A DNA stretch of 64,000 nt from an uncultured Alphaproteobacteria bacterium (GTDB taxonomy: Bacteria; Pseudomonadota; Alphaproteobacteria; HIMB59; GCA-002718135). How positions within the stretch are numbered: position 1 is the first letter of the stretch; each line of letters starts with the position of its first letter. Where the stretch lies: the NCBI GenBank assembly GCA_902596065.1, contig CACJSL010000003.1, positions 1,087-65,086 of the forward strand, in the 5' to 3' direction. Below are positions 20,155-31,048 of the stretch, piece after piece. The translations under genes were made by a program, and so were the position numbers. The notes below the pieces were generated by a model that was given only the letters and a program-made list of their open reading frames with translations, was not told the origin of the DNA and ran no database searches.

Positions 20155-20606
20155 CTATTTCTTTTTTTTTGAAAAAAATTTTTCAAAATGTCTGAACATT
20201 TTTTTTCTTCAATGCCTCCATAAACTTCAGGAACAAAGTAATTTTTTGTATTATATAATTTCATTATGCTATCCAAACTACCTTTTTTTTCGTCATAAGC
20301 TCCAAAATAGATTCTACTTATATGCACTTCACTAATTGCGGCTGCACACATAGTACATGGTTCTAATGTAACAAACAAACTAGTTTCAACTAAAAACTTC
20401 GTTTTTTTTATTTTACATGCTTCATTTATTAAGCATATCTCAGCATGGGAAGAGGCATTATTATTTAAATTGACCATATTATGCGATGCATTAATAATTT
20501 TGTGACTAATATTATCTACCAAAACTGCTCCAATAGGCACTTCTTTGCATAAAATTGCTTTATTTGCCTGCTCAATGGCTTTGTTCATAAAAAAATTAAT
20601 GTTCAT
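20151..20606 (-). CDS. tadA: tRNA adenosine deaminase
   Basis: EVPIGAV, HAE, TLEPCTMC; start moved to ATG 20606. Confidence 0.92.
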   Translation of the reverse strand: MNINFFMNKAIEQANKAILCKEVPIGAVLVDNISHKIINASHNMVNLNNNASSHAEICLINEACKIKKTKFLVETSLFVTLEPCTMCAAAISEVHISRIYFGAYDEKKGSLDSIMKLYNTKNYFVPEVYGGIEEKKCSDILKNFFQKKRNR

Positions 20607-20652
20607 AAAAATAAAATCAAATGATAAATTATAAGTATACAATAACTTTAAA

Positions 20653-21363
20653 ATGAAAAAACCATTAATAGGAATTACTTTGGATAATGAAGATAAAGGG
20701 GGATATTCTAAATTTCCTTGGTATGCAATAAGACATAACTATTTACATAGTATTGAAAAATATGGGGGAATTCCATTTCCTCTTTATCACTCAAATAAAA
20801 ATACTTCTGAATTGTTTAATATTTTAAATGGATTAGTTATTACTGGTGGAAATTTTGATATCGATCCAAAAATATATGGGAATAGATCATCGGGAGCCAG
20901 AATCCTAAAAAATCAAAGAACAAATTTTGAAATAGCAATTACAAAAAAATTTTTAAAATCCTCTAAGCCAATTTTGGGTATATGTGGAGGCGCTCAACTC
21001 CTTAATGTTGTTTGTGGAGGAACTTTAATACAAGACATCAAAAAAAATAATTTGTTTCCTATAAATCATGAACAAAAGAATCCAAGAAATGAAACTAGTC
21101 ATAAAATTGAAATTATATCAAAAACTCTATTAGCAAAAATTAATAAAAAAAAATTCTCAAAAGTAAATAGCGCTCATCATCAAGCAATTAAAGATATTGG
21201 CAAAAATATAATTATAAGTAGTTACGCTCCTGATGGGATCATTGAATCCATAGAACACAAGCATCATAAATGGTGTATTGGTGTTCAATGGCATCCAGAA
21301 TTTTTAATAACTAAAGAAGATAAAAATTTAATTAAAAATTTTATAAAAAATACTAAAAAATAA
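20653..21363 (+). CDS. Peptidase C26 / gamma-glutamyl-gamma-aminobutyrate hydrolase family
   Basis: KPLIGI, LGICGGAQ, VNSAHHQ, GVQWHPE. Confidence 0.9.
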   Translation: MKKPLIGITLDNEDKGGYSKFPWYAIRHNYLHSIEKYGGIPFPLYHSNKNTSELFNILNGLVITGGNFDIDPKIYGNRSSGARILKNQRTNFEIAITKKFLKSSKPILGICGGAQLLNVVCGGTLIQDIKKNNLFPINHEQKNPRNETSHKIEIISKTLLAKINKKKFSKVNSAHHQAIKDIGKNIIISSYAPDGIIESIEHKHHKWCIGVQWHPEFLITKEDKNLIKNFIKNTKK

Positions 21364-22055
21364 TGAGAATAGCAAAATATATTTCTAATGCGGGATATTG
21401 TTCAAGAAGAGAAGCAGAAAAGCTAATTGATCAAAAAAAAGTCTATATCAATAATATTTGCTGCAATCATCCAAGCACCTTAGTAAATGAAAAAGATAAA
21501 ATTGTTATTCAAAATCAAATTATTAAATTACAAAAAAAAGTTCGTTTATGGAAAATGTACAAACCAAAAAAAACTATTTGTACTAATTCTGATCCACAAA
21601 ACAGAAAAACTATATTTAGTTTAATACCGAAAAACTATCCAAGAATGATAAGTATTGGTCGATTAGATTTTATGAGTGAGGGATTGATGCTACTGACAAA
21701 TAATGGAGAAATGGCAAGAAACTATGAATTACCTTCTTCAAACATTATTAGAATTTATAGGGTATGTATAAGAGGTGTGATTGATTCTAAGGATCTCGCA
21801 ATTATTAATAAGGGAGTTACAATTAATAAAATCAATTATAAAAAAATTAAAGTTAAAATTGAAAAGATAGCAACTCCTTATACTTGGTTGATATTTAAAA
21901 TGACTGAGGGGAAAAACAGAGAGATAAGAAAACTATGTGACTATTTTTTATGGAATATAGTTAATTTAGTTCGTATCCAATACGGATCTATAAAATTAAC
22001 AGATTTAAAGCCAGGAGAAGTAATTGAAGTAAAAAAATTTAGAACATTAATATGA
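21363..22055 (+). CDS. rluB: RluB/RsuA-family rRNA pseudouridine synthase
   Basis: S4 domain (SRREAE), GRLDFMSEGL, EGKNREIR. Confidence 0.85.
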   Translation: MRIAKYISNAGYCSRREAEKLIDQKKVYINNICCNHPSTLVNEKDKIVIQNQIIKLQKKVRLWKMYKPKKTICTNSDPQNRKTIFSLIPKNYPRMISIGRLDFMSEGLMLLTNNGEMARNYELPSSNIIRIYRVCIRGVIDSKDLAIINKGVTINKINYKKIKVKIEKIATPYTWLIFKMTEGKNREIRKLCDYFLWNIVNLVRIQYGSIKLTDLKPGEVIEVKKFRTLI

Positions 22056-22621
22056 TTTATATAAGTGGTGGTAAATATAAAAAAAGAAAAATTGAAGTAG
22101 AAACAAATATCGTAAGACCTACTTCAAGTAGTAAAAGAGAATCAATTTTCTCAATTTTAGAGAGCTTTGCTATAAAATCTTCATTGGAAATCTATAATAA
22201 TAAATGTTTTGTTGATTTATTTGCAGGCACTGGTGCATTAGGAATAGAAGCTATATCAAGAGGAGGATCAATTGCTTATTTTTATGAAATTAATAATCAA
22301 GTTTACAAAACATTAATTAAAAACTGTAATACAATTTGTAAAAGTAATGAATTTTATATTTATAAAAAAGATGTTACTCAAATTAAAAAAATAGAAATAA
22401 CCTTACCATGTTCAGCTATTTTTCTTGATCCACCTTACAAATTTGATAATTTTGATAAAATTTTTGATATTATATTACAAAGCAATATATTAGAAAAAGA
22501 TACTGTATTAATAATTGAAACAGATATTAATAAAAATTTAAATATAGATAATAAATTTAAAATTATAAATGAAAAAATTTATGGGATCACAAAAATTTTA
22601 TTTTTAAAAAAATTAGACTAA
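22052..22621 (+). CDS. rsmD: 16S rRNA m2G966 methyltransferase
   Basis: RPTS, DLFAGTGALGIEAISRG, FLDPPY. Confidence 0.93.
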   Translation: MIYISGGKYKKRKIEVETNIVRPTSSSKRESIFSILESFAIKSSLEIYNNKCFVDLFAGTGALGIEAISRGGSIAYFYEINNQVYKTLIKNCNTICKSNEFYIYKKDVTQIKKIEITLPCSAIFLDPPYKFDNFDKIFDIILQSNILEKDTVLIIETDINKNLNIDNKFKIINEKIYGITKILFLKKLD

Positions 22622-23833
22622 ATATTTTTTTGTAAGAATTTTACCTTGTTCTACAGCTGGTTGATTAAAAGGATTAACTTCAAAATATAAACATGTAGCA
22701 ATAGTTTCTTGAATACTAAATGCTAATAGTTTTCCTATAGAATATTCATCTATAGTAGATAAATAAATTTCACGACATGGAATTTTATTTTGAACAAAAG
22801 TATCAACTGTAGCTCTTTGTTCAGCTTCCATTAAATCACCCATTTTTTTATCAAATAAATAATCAATATTATTTTCTTTTATTATTTCATTATTCAATTT
22901 AAATCCCTTATCAGCATGATCAGTTGTTATAAAAGTAAAAAATTTATCTCTTGGGCCGTCTAAATATAATTGTAATTGGCTATGCTGATCTGTTGTCCCC
23001 ACTGAATGAATCGGTGTAATACCTTTTTGATCTTTACCAATACTTTCAGCCCATAATTGTAGATACCATTTACCAAAATATAGTAAAGAATCTGAGTAAG
23101 TCATCACAACTGAAGAGGATAAGTCCTTTATAATATTCTGAAATTTAAAAAAACGTGCAATTTTAATAAAATCTTCTGAATTGGTATTATTTATTTGTTC
23201 TAAAGCTCCAGCATGTATTTCTTTTACATTTAGGCCAGCAATTACAGCTGGGATCATTCCTACATTAGAGAAGATAGAATATCTTCCACCGATATCTTTG
23301 CTGTGATTAATCATATGTATATTATTTTTATTGGCTATATTTGTAAGGGGACTTGCTTTGTCTTCTGTTATTATAAGAGAGTTATTAAATAATAAATCCT
23401 TCATATTTTTTTGATCAAAAATTTCAATCAAGCTTAAATATTGACTTAAAGTTTCTGGAGTAGAGCCGGATTTGGAAATAATGATAAAGCCTAACTTCGT
23501 AAGATCAAGATTATTAATTTTATTTTGAAATCGAACTGGATCAATATTATCAAAGAAATCTATTGTAATATTATTTTTTTGTAAACCATCAATAATTGCT
23601 TTTGCACCTAAATTTGATCCACCAGTTCCAAAAACTAAAAAATGCTTTTTATTTTTCGAAAAATTATTAGCTGTATTAATAGACTCTTCCAATAATTTAC
23701 CATCACTTAAAATTTTTAATCCAGGAAAATTTTTTAAAGTTTCATCAATTTTTGAAATTAAATTATTGTTATTGTCTGTAATATTAATGTTTTTATTAAA
23801 ATCAATATTATAAAATTTATTTTTTAAAACCAT
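22613..23833 (-). CDS. pgi: Glucose-6-phosphate isomerase (short form)
   Basis: GTGGSNLG, SKSGSTPET, GGRYS, QLWAESIGK, DQHSQLQ, FNQPAVE. Confidence 0.93.
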   Translation of the reverse strand: MVLKNKFYNIDFNKNINITDNNNNLISKIDETLKNFPGLKILSDGKLLEESINTANNFSKNKKHFLVFGTGGSNLGAKAIIDGLQKNNITIDFFDNIDPVRFQNKINNLDLTKLGFIIISKSGSTPETLSQYLSLIEIFDQKNMKDLLFNNSLIITEDKASPLTNIANKNNIHMINHSKDIGGRYSIFSNVGMIPAVIAGLNVKEIHAGALEQINNTNSEDFIKIARFFKFQNIIKDLSSSVVMTYSDSLLYFGKWYLQLWAESIGKDQKGITPIHSVGTTDQHSQLQLYLDGPRDKFFTFITTDHADKGFKLNNEIIKENNIDYLFDKKMGDLMEAEQRATVDTFVQNKIPCREIYLSTIDEYSIGKLLAFSIQETIATCLYFEVNPFNQPAVEQGKILTKKYLV

Positions 23834-24370
23834 TTAAAATAAAATAAATCTTTTTTTCTTTTTCTTCTTAATTGTTTGGGTGGTAATATTGTTTTCACAA
23901 TCAGCAATAGACTCTCCTTCAAAGTTTTTATTTCTTATACATTCTGATTCTTTCACTGCATCTAAAACATCATGCTCATTTTCAAATGTAACATCAAAAA
24001 TTCCAGTAGAACTCATTTCTTGTGCATAATCTTCATCTATTTCTTCTCTTATCTTAGAAGAAGCATTTACTGCATCTGTCTCTTTTAAAATCTGATTCAT
24101 TGTAGATAAATTATCTTGTTTTTTTGAATCGTTCTCGTCTAATCCGTATAAAATTTCTTTTGCCAAATCGGATTCAACATTATCAATATTTTTCTCTTCT
24201 AATTGATCTGGGGGAATAAGATCAAAATCAGGGGGAATAACTAAAGGTGGATTTTCAACTACCACATACTCATCTAAAGATTTTCTTGTAACCCCTGCGC
24301 TTTCTCGAACAGAAGAACAAGAATTTAAAAAAATTGTTAATATCAAAATAATATAAAAAATATAATTCAT
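23834..24370 (-). CDS. DUF3035-like lipoprotein
   Basis: Lipobox LNSC, DEYVVV..PPLVIPPDF; follows lspA. Confidence 0.8.
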   Translation of the reverse strand: MNYIFYIILILTIFLNSCSSVRESAGVTRKSLDEYVVVENPPLVIPPDFDLIPPDQLEEKNIDNVESDLAKEILYGLDENDSKKQDNLSTMNQILKETDAVNASSKIREEIDEDYAQEMSSTGIFDVTFENEHDVLDAVKESECIRNKNFEGESIADCENNITTQTIKKKKKKRFILF

Positions 24371-24831
24371 GTATCTTTGTTTCTTTTATTAAAATCTTTC
24401 AAAATTTGATATAATATAATTAAAATCCCAATTGATATATAAATATCAGCAAAATTAAATGCAGGCCAGTAAAAGTCATTATAGTGAAAATATAAGAAAT
24501 CAATAACATAACCATTTATACTTCGATCAAAGATATTAGATAATCCACCTGCAATAATTACCAAAATCCCCCATTTTTCAAGATTATTTCTAGCTTTAAA
24601 GTATATTGAAATTAAAAAAATTATTACAAGCAAGCCAATAATGACAAATAACCAATGACTCATCAAACCAGAAAAAAGACCAAAAGATATTCCATAATTA
24701 TGTATATGTGCCAAATCAAAAAAAGAAGTTACATATATAAAACTATTGAGACCTATTGAATTAAAAACTAATTTCTTTGAAAAAAAATCAAGAATAATTA
24801 ATAAAATTATAAAAAATATTTTAAAAAACAT
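24367..24831 (-). CDS. lspA: Lipoprotein signal peptidase
   Basis: NYGISFG, GGLSNIFDR, VIDF, AFNFAD. Confidence 0.95.
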   Translation of the reverse strand: MFFKIFFIILLIILDFFSKKLVFNSIGLNSFIYVTSFFDLAHIHNYGISFGLFSGLMSHWLFVIIGLLVIIFLISIYFKARNNLEKWGILVIIAGGLSNIFDRSINGYVIDFLYFHYNDFYWPAFNFADIYISIGILIILYQILKDFNKRNKDT

Positions 24832-24834
24832 TTT

Positions 24835-27612
24835 CTATTTTTTAATTGCTTCATCACAACGTTGACAAATTTGTTTATCTTGCAATATAACTGTATATTT
24901 CCAACATCTTTCACATTTTTGACCGTCAGTTTTTTCTACTGTCACCGCTACATCATCAATCTCTTCTAATGCAAAGTAATCTTTTTTATTCTTGTAATCT
25001 AATAGTTGAAATGAGGAAGTAATAGCTATTTCATCAAAATTAATTTCTTCTATTTTCTTTTTTAAATCTTCTTTAACATATATTATTACATTTGCTTCCA
25101 AACTTGAGCCAATCAATTTTTCTGCTCTTTTTTTCTCAATAGCTCCTGTAATAACTTTTCGAATATTTTTAATTATATTCCATTTGTTTGCAATATCATT
25201 ATTCTTAAAATCTTGAGATGCTTTAAGAAAATCCTCCAGATGAATACTAGATGTATTACCCTTGGCCTTCCAGGCTTCTTCACAAGTAAAGCTTAAAGAA
25301 GGTGCTAACCATCTGACAAGATGATCAAAAATTAAATTCAATAAAGTTCTCGCAGAACGTCTTTTTTTTGAATCAAATGAGTCACAGTATATTGAGTCTT
25401 TACGAATATCAAAATAAAATGCAGATAAGTCATTTGAACAAAAATTTAATAATGTAGTAAACATTAAATGAAAATTAAAATCCATAACACATTTTTGAAT
25501 AATCTGATCTACTTCCCACAATCTATGTAAGATGTATTTTTCTAATTCTGGAAATTCTGCAATATTAATTTTTTCTTTTTCATCAAAACCCTCTAGATTA
25601 CCTATTAAGTAACGAAAGGTATTTCTTATTCTTCTATAAGAATCACTTTGGGCTTTTAAAATGGCATTATCTAATTTTAGATCATCATAGTAATCTGATG
25701 CAACTACCCATAAACGAAGTATATCAACTCCATATTGAGACATGACTTTTTCAGGAGAAATAACATTTCCTAGAGACTTTGACATCTTGCGACCTTTGCC
25801 ATCAACTACAAAACCATGTGTTAAAACACTTTCATAGGGGGCTCTTCCTCTTGTTCCTGCAGACTCTAATAAAGAAGAATGAAACCAGCCTCTATGTTGG
25901 TCACTTCCCTCTAGATACATTGATGCTGGCCATTTTAGGTCTTCTCTTTTTTCTAAGCAAAACGCATGCGTAGAACCACTATCAAACCAAACCTCAACTA
26001 CATCTTGAATTTGATCATAGTCATTTATAGAATAATCATCTCCTAAAAATCTTTTTGGATCCTCAGTAAACCACGTATCACTGCCTTCTTTTTCATAAAT
26101 ATCTGCAATACGATTAATTACTTTAATATCTCTTAGAGGTTGCTCAGTTTTTTTATTAACAAACAATGGAAGTGGGACTCCCCAAACTCTTTGACGAGAA
26201 ACACACCAATCAGGACGAGTTTCAATCATTGAACGTAGTCGTGTTTGTCCTTGAGGTGGATAAAATATTGTTTCATCAATTGATTTTAATGCTTTTTCTC
26301 GTAAGTCTTTTTTGTCCATTGATATAAACCATTGAGGAGTATTACGAAAAATCAATGGTGCTTTTGATCTCCAAGAGTGAGGATAGCTATGTCTTAAAGT
26401 ACCTTGATGAAGTAATTTTTTAAATTCTTTTAACTTATCTGCAATTTTTTGGTCAACCTTATATACGTGTTCTCCTTCAAAACCGACAGCATGATGATTG
26501 TATTTACCATCATCTTCTACAGTTTGTATAACATCAACATCATTTTTTATTCCTAAAATGTAATCATCTGCTCCGTGACCTGGGGCAATATGTACAATGC
26601 CTGTTCCTTGTTCTAAATTAACAAAATCTCCCTCCAAAGCTCTAACATTAAAGTTATATCCTAAAGGTTTAAATGGATGTTCACATTCAGTACCTTCTAA
26701 ATCTTTCCCAAAAAATTTTTTAATAATTTTTGATTCATCAATGCCTATTTCATCTAATACTTGGTTTTTTAATTCATCAGCTATAACTAATTTTTCACCT
26801 ATATTTGCTAAAGATTTTTCATTAGTCTTAATGATTTCAATTAAGGAATATTCGAGATCCTTACCGTATGCTACAGCTCGATTACCAGGTATTGTCCAGG
26901 GAGTTGTTGTCCAAATTACTATATTTGTATCTACCAATTCATTAATTAAACTTTTAGTAACTTTAAATTTTACATAGATAGTATTCGATGTATGATCCTC
27001 ATATTCTACTTCGGCATCTGCTAAAGCTGTTTTTTCAACAACCGACCATAAAACTGGTCTAGCTCCTTTATATAAACTTTTATCTAATAAAAATTTTCCC
27101 AACTCTCTTACAATTTGAGCTTCAGCTTCATTGGACATTGTCAAATATGGGTTATTCCAATCCCCTTCTACTCCCAATCTTCTAAATTCTTTTTTTTGAA
27201 TTTCTATCCATTTTTCCGCAAACTCTCGGCACTCTTGACGAAACTGTACAATAGGAACATCATCTTTGTTTTGTCCTTTTTTTCGATATTCTTCTTCAAT
27301 TTTCCACTCAATAGGTAAACCATGACAATCCCATCCTGGAACATAAATGGAATCTTTCCCTGACATCTGTTGTGTTCTAACTATAACGTCTTTTAGTATT
27401 TTATTTAAAGCAGTTCCCATATGAATATGTCCATTTGCATATGGAGGTCCATCATGGAGTACAAATTTTTCTCTTCCCTTAGACTTTTCTCTAAGCTTTA
27501 AAAATATTTTTTCTTTATCCCACTCTTCTAAAATTTTAGGTTCTTTTTGAGGAAGATTGGCTCTCATCTCAAAAGTAGTTTTAGGTAAAAAAATTGTATC
27601 TTTGAATTCCAT
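24835..27612 (-). CDS. ileS: Isoleucine--tRNA ligase
   Basis: HDGPPYANG, HMGT (HIGH-like), GWDCHGLP, KMSKS, C-terminal Zn finger. Confidence 0.98.
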   Translation of the reverse strand: MEFKDTIFLPKTTFEMRANLPQKEPKILEEWDKEKIFLKLREKSKGREKFVLHDGPPYANGHIHMGTALNKILKDVIVRTQQMSGKDSIYVPGWDCHGLPIEWKIEEEYRKKGQNKDDVPIVQFRQECREFAEKWIEIQKKEFRRLGVEGDWNNPYLTMSNEAEAQIVRELGKFLLDKSLYKGARPVLWSVVEKTALADAEVEYEDHTSNTIYVKFKVTKSLINELVDTNIVIWTTTPWTIPGNRAVAYGKDLEYSLIEIIKTNEKSLANIGEKLVIADELKNQVLDEIGIDESKIIKKFFGKDLEGTECEHPFKPLGYNFNVRALEGDFVNLEQGTGIVHIAPGHGADDYILGIKNDVDVIQTVEDDGKYNHHAVGFEGEHVYKVDQKIADKLKEFKKLLHQGTLRHSYPHSWRSKAPLIFRNTPQWFISMDKKDLREKALKSIDETIFYPPQGQTRLRSMIETRPDWCVSRQRVWGVPLPLFVNKKTEQPLRDIKVINRIADIYEKEGSDTWFTEDPKRFLGDDYSINDYDQIQDVVEVWFDSGSTHAFCLEKREDLKWPASMYLEGSDQHRGWFHSSLLESAGTRGRAPYESVLTHGFVVDGKGRKMSKSLGNVISPEKVMSQYGVDILRLWVVASDYYDDLKLDNAILKAQSDSYRRIRNTFRYLIGNLEGFDEKEKINIAEFPELEKYILHRLWEVDQIIQKCVMDFNFHLMFTTLLNFCSNDLSAFYFDIRKDSIYCDSFDSKKRRSARTLLNLIFDHLVRWLAPSLSFTCEEAWKAKGNTSSIHLEDFLKASQDFKNNDIANKWNIIKNIRKVITGAIEKKRAEKLIGSSLEANVIIYVKEDLKKKIEEINFDEIAITSSFQLLDYKNKKDYFALEEIDDVAVTVEKTDGQKCERCWKYTVILQDKQICQRCDEAIKK

Positions 27613-28545
27613 TTATTTTCTTAAGTGATAATCTTTAGCAATTTGAATATCTTTATTTATTTGTTCAACCAAATAATCAAAGGTTTCAAATTTCTTTTCA
27701 CCCCTAATAAATGCAAGAAATTCAACAGTCAAATAGTTACCATAGATATCTCTATCAAAATCAAATAGATGTGCTTCTAACAACAATTTTTCACCTTCTA
27801 CAGTAGGTCTAATTCCAAAATTAGCGATACCTTTGTTGACTTCATCTCCAAATTTTATGTTAACGGCGTAAACACCTTTTAACGGATATATTTCATTGTG
27901 TGGAAGAATATTAGCCGTTGGAAAATTCATTTTTCTTGCTCTTTTATCACCATGAATGACTTTTCCTTGCATACTCCAAGGTCTACCTAACAATAAATTA
28001 GCCTCTTCTATTTCTCCTGTTCTAATACATTCTCTTATATCTGTAGATGAATAAGGGGTTTTAGTTTTTGGATTAGTAATTTGTTCAATTGTTTTTAAAT
28101 TAAATCCATGAATCTTTCCATGATCAAGCAGAAGGTTTGTATCCCCTTTTCTATCTTTTCCAAATCGAAAATCATAACCAACTATTAACTTTTCAACTTT
28201 TAATTGATCAACAATAATTTTTTTTATAAAATCTACCGGAGAAAGATTGGAGAGTAATTCATCAAACTTTAAACAAAAATAATGATCAATGCCTAATTCT
28301 GTAAAAATTAATTGTTTCTTTTCTTCTGAAAGAATTTGATATTGATCTAGTTCACGAGAAAAAAATTGTCTAGGATGTGGATTAAAACTTAAAATAGCAG
28401 AAGGTCTATTTAACTCTTTCGCTTCTTTAACCAATGAATTAATAATTTGCTGATGACCCAAATGAATACCATCAAAATTACCTATTGCTAAATGAAATAA
28501 ATGACCTTCAACTTTACTGTTTAAGTTAATATTATGAGTTTGCAC
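27613..28545 (-). CDS. ribF: Bifunctional riboflavin kinase / FAD synthetase
   Basis: GNFDGIHLGH, SSTDIR, FPTAN, GIRPT; GTG start overlaps the xylA stop. Confidence 0.96.
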   Translation of the reverse strand: MQTHNINLNSKVEGHLFHLAIGNFDGIHLGHQQIINSLVKEAKELNRPSAILSFNPHPRQFFSRELDQYQILSEEKKQLIFTELGIDHYFCLKFDELLSNLSPVDFIKKIIVDQLKVEKLIVGYDFRFGKDRKGDTNLLLDHGKIHGFNLKTIEQITNPKTKTPYSSTDIRECIRTGEIEEANLLLGRPWSMQGKVIHGDKRARKMNFPTANILPHNEIYPLKGVYAVNIKFGDEVNKGIANFGIRPTVEGEKLLLEAHLFDFDRDIYGNYLTVEFLAFIRGEKKFETFDYLVEQINKDIQIAKDYHLRK

Positions 28546-29858
28546 TAAAGATATTTGTTTAAAATATTTTCTAGATATTCTTGCTGACCCGACTGCGGTT
28601 TGGGTTCGATATTTTCACTAATTACTTTATTAGCTATAGTCTCTAAATTGCCTTCTTGACTATGAATAAATTTTCCTAGATTCTGATCCCATTTTTTGTA
28701 ACGATTTTGAATATATGTAGATAATTCTTTATCATTAATCATTTTTTCAACAGCAATTAATGATCGTGCAGCAACATCCATACCGCCAATATGAGCATAA
28801 AATAAATCCTCCGGATCAATTGATTGTCTTCTTATTTTAGCATCAAAATTTAATCCCCCTTGTTTGAATCCGCCATTAGAAAATATATGATAAAAAGGCA
28901 TTAATAACTCTAGAGGATTGTTTGGAAATTGATCCGTATCCCAACCCAATAAGGTATCCCCTCTATTAATATCAATACTACCTAAAGCATTATTTGCAAT
29001 TGCATAAGCAATTTCATGTTCAAAATTATGACCTGATAACGTTGCATGATTAACTTCAATATTTAAATGTATCTCATTTTCAAGTCCTGCTTTTCTAATA
29101 AGTGCTAAACAAGCAGCTGAGTCAAAATCATATTGATGTTTAGTTGGTTCGTGAGGTTTTGGTTCTAATAATATTTGACCATTAAATCCAATTTTATGTT
29201 TATGATTAACAACTAACTCTAAAAAACGAGCTAGATTATTCATTTCCAATTTCATATTTGTATTTAGAATTGTTTCATATCCTTCTCTGCCTCCCCAAAG
29301 AACATAGTTTTGTCCACCGAGGCGCATTGTAGCTTCCATGCAATCTTTTACTTGAGCAGCCTTATATGCAAAAACTTCTGGGTCAGGATTAGTGGATGCT
29401 CCAGCCATATATCGTCGATGAGAAAAAGCATTTGCTGTTCCCCAAAGTAATTTTACTTTACTTTTACTTAATTTTTTTTCCATTAAATCTATAATGTGGA
29501 AAAAATTCTTTTGTGTTTCAGAATAATTTTTTCCTTCTGGAGAAATATCTCTATCGTGAAAACAGAAAAAAGGAGTGGTAATTTTGTCAAAAAAGTCAAA
29601 AGCTTCATCTAGTTTTTCTTCTGCTTTTTCAATAGGCTCTCCTTGTTGCATCCACGGTCTTTCAAAAGTTGGTCCTCCAAATGGATCAAGACCTGGCCAA
29701 GTAAAAGTATGCCAATAACAAGTTGCAAAACGCAAATGATCTTTCATTTTTTTTCCTAAAACAACTTTATCTTCATCATAGTATTTGAAGCTTAGCGGAT
29801 TATTGCTATCAACTCCTTCATACTGAATTTTAGAAATATCTTTAAAATAACTACTCAT
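28545..29858 (-). CDS. xylA: Xylose isomerase (class II)
   Basis: CYWHTF, FHDRD, WGGREG, EPKPHEP, NIEVNH, GWDTDQF, NFDAK. Confidence 0.96.
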   Translation of the reverse strand: MSSYFKDISKIQYEGVDSNNPLSFKYYDEDKVVLGKKMKDHLRFATCYWHTFTWPGLDPFGGPTFERPWMQQGEPIEKAEEKLDEAFDFFDKITTPFFCFHDRDISPEGKNYSETQKNFFHIIDLMEKKLSKSKVKLLWGTANAFSHRRYMAGASTNPDPEVFAYKAAQVKDCMEATMRLGGQNYVLWGGREGYETILNTNMKLEMNNLARFLELVVNHKHKIGFNGQILLEPKPHEPTKHQYDFDSAACLALIRKAGLENEIHLNIEVNHATLSGHNFEHEIAYAIANNALGSIDINRGDTLLGWDTDQFPNNPLELLMPFYHIFSNGGFKQGGLNFDAKIRRQSIDPEDLFYAHIGGMDVAARSLIAVEKMINDKELSTYIQNRYKKWDQNLGKFIHSQEGNLETIANKVISENIEPKPQSGQQEYLENILNKYL

Positions 29859-29903
29859 TTGAGCCTCTTATAATATATTAAAATTATACTGTATATATTA
29901 GCT

Positions 29904-30920
29904 TTAGACTGATGATTTTTTTTGTAGAAAATAGTTAGGATCTCTTGTTTGTTTTATAACAGCAGGAATCATTTCTTTTAAACCAGCAATAAAACTTGGA
30001 TTTGGAGGTGGTAATTGATCTTTTACCACCTGATGTAATTTAGGTAAATTATAAAAAGGAACTTGAGGAAAAATGTGATGTTCAAGATGATACTGCATAT
30101 TAAAATATAATAACCATCCTAAAATAGGTCCGCACAAAAATGTTCTAGCACTTTCTCTATGATCCCAAGAATTTGATTTTAATCCTGCATGTTGTAATAA
30201 GCCACAAAGATGAAGTAAAGGCCATCCATATACAGAAGGCGTAAAAATTAAAAATAATGGAAGAAAACTTCCTATTGAATAGGACCAATATAATGTTCCT
30301 AAAGTTATTAAAACAAATAATCTACTTGTCCATATCATGCGAGAGCGTTGATATTCAGGCACACAGTCTTTTGCTACTTGAGTCATGATACCAAGAGAAT
30401 GATAAAGAATTTTTTTAGATTCATAATAGTATCTTCGAAGAGAAAGAAGGTCCCAAAGAAATACATTTATTAATTTAGAATTTGGAGGAACAGCAATTTC
30501 ATAATCTATTCCTACATGAATTGTTCGACTGTGATGATGGGTATGACTCCATCGCCATGAAACAGGTTCAAAATAACAAATAAAACTTGAAATTTCATAA
30601 AAGAAATCATTTAACCATCTTGTTCGAAAAACAGAGCGATGACCATACTCATGCCATCTTGCTGCCGCAAAAGCACTAACAGTACCGTATGCAAAAAAAG
30701 CTGGTAATGCCCACCAAGTACCCCAAGAAAGATACGATAAATATCCAGTGACAAATAAAACTATAAAATAAGTAATGGTGTTTATCCAACCTGGTCCATC
30801 TCGTCTTTTGGAAAGTTCTTTTAAAAGCTTTAGATCAATTTTTGGTTTAAACCATTGCTGATCTAAATTTTCCATATTTTCATTTAGTTGATCTATTGGC
30901 TTATAATTATAGTTAGGCAT
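29904..30920 (-). CDS. MocD-like membrane di-iron oxygenase (fatty acid desaturase family) #1
   Basis: His boxes HEYGH, WSHTHHH, YHLEHH; TM segments. Confidence 0.85.
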   Translation of the reverse strand: MPNYNYKPIDQLNENMENLDQQWFKPKIDLKLLKELSKRRDGPGWINTITYFIVLFVTGYLSYLSWGTWWALPAFFAYGTVSAFAAARWHEYGHRSVFRTRWLNDFFYEISSFICYFEPVSWRWSHTHHHSRTIHVGIDYEIAVPPNSKLINVFLWDLLSLRRYYYESKKILYHSLGIMTQVAKDCVPEYQRSRMIWTSRLFVLITLGTLYWSYSIGSFLPLFLIFTPSVYGWPLLHLCGLLQHAGLKSNSWDHRESARTFLCGPILGWLLYFNMQYHLEHHIFPQVPFYNLPKLHQVVKDQLPPPNPSFIAGLKEMIPAVIKQTRDPNYFLQKKSSV

Positions 30921-31048
30921 GATGATTTTTTACACTATTTCTTAATAAAAATACATATAATCATTTGATATAATATATTTATCATTTTTTCTCTTGTAAT
31001 TAATTGTTTTTACATTTTAATTTTTTTATAATATTTTTTGGAGGTAAT

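Noticed and set aside
30921..31048. Short palindromes (TGATA-N9-TATCA, TGTAA-N10-TTACA) in the MocD#1/PanB#1 promoter
   Set aside because: 5-bp AT-rich arms are expected by chance, and I could not find them repeated in other promoters.
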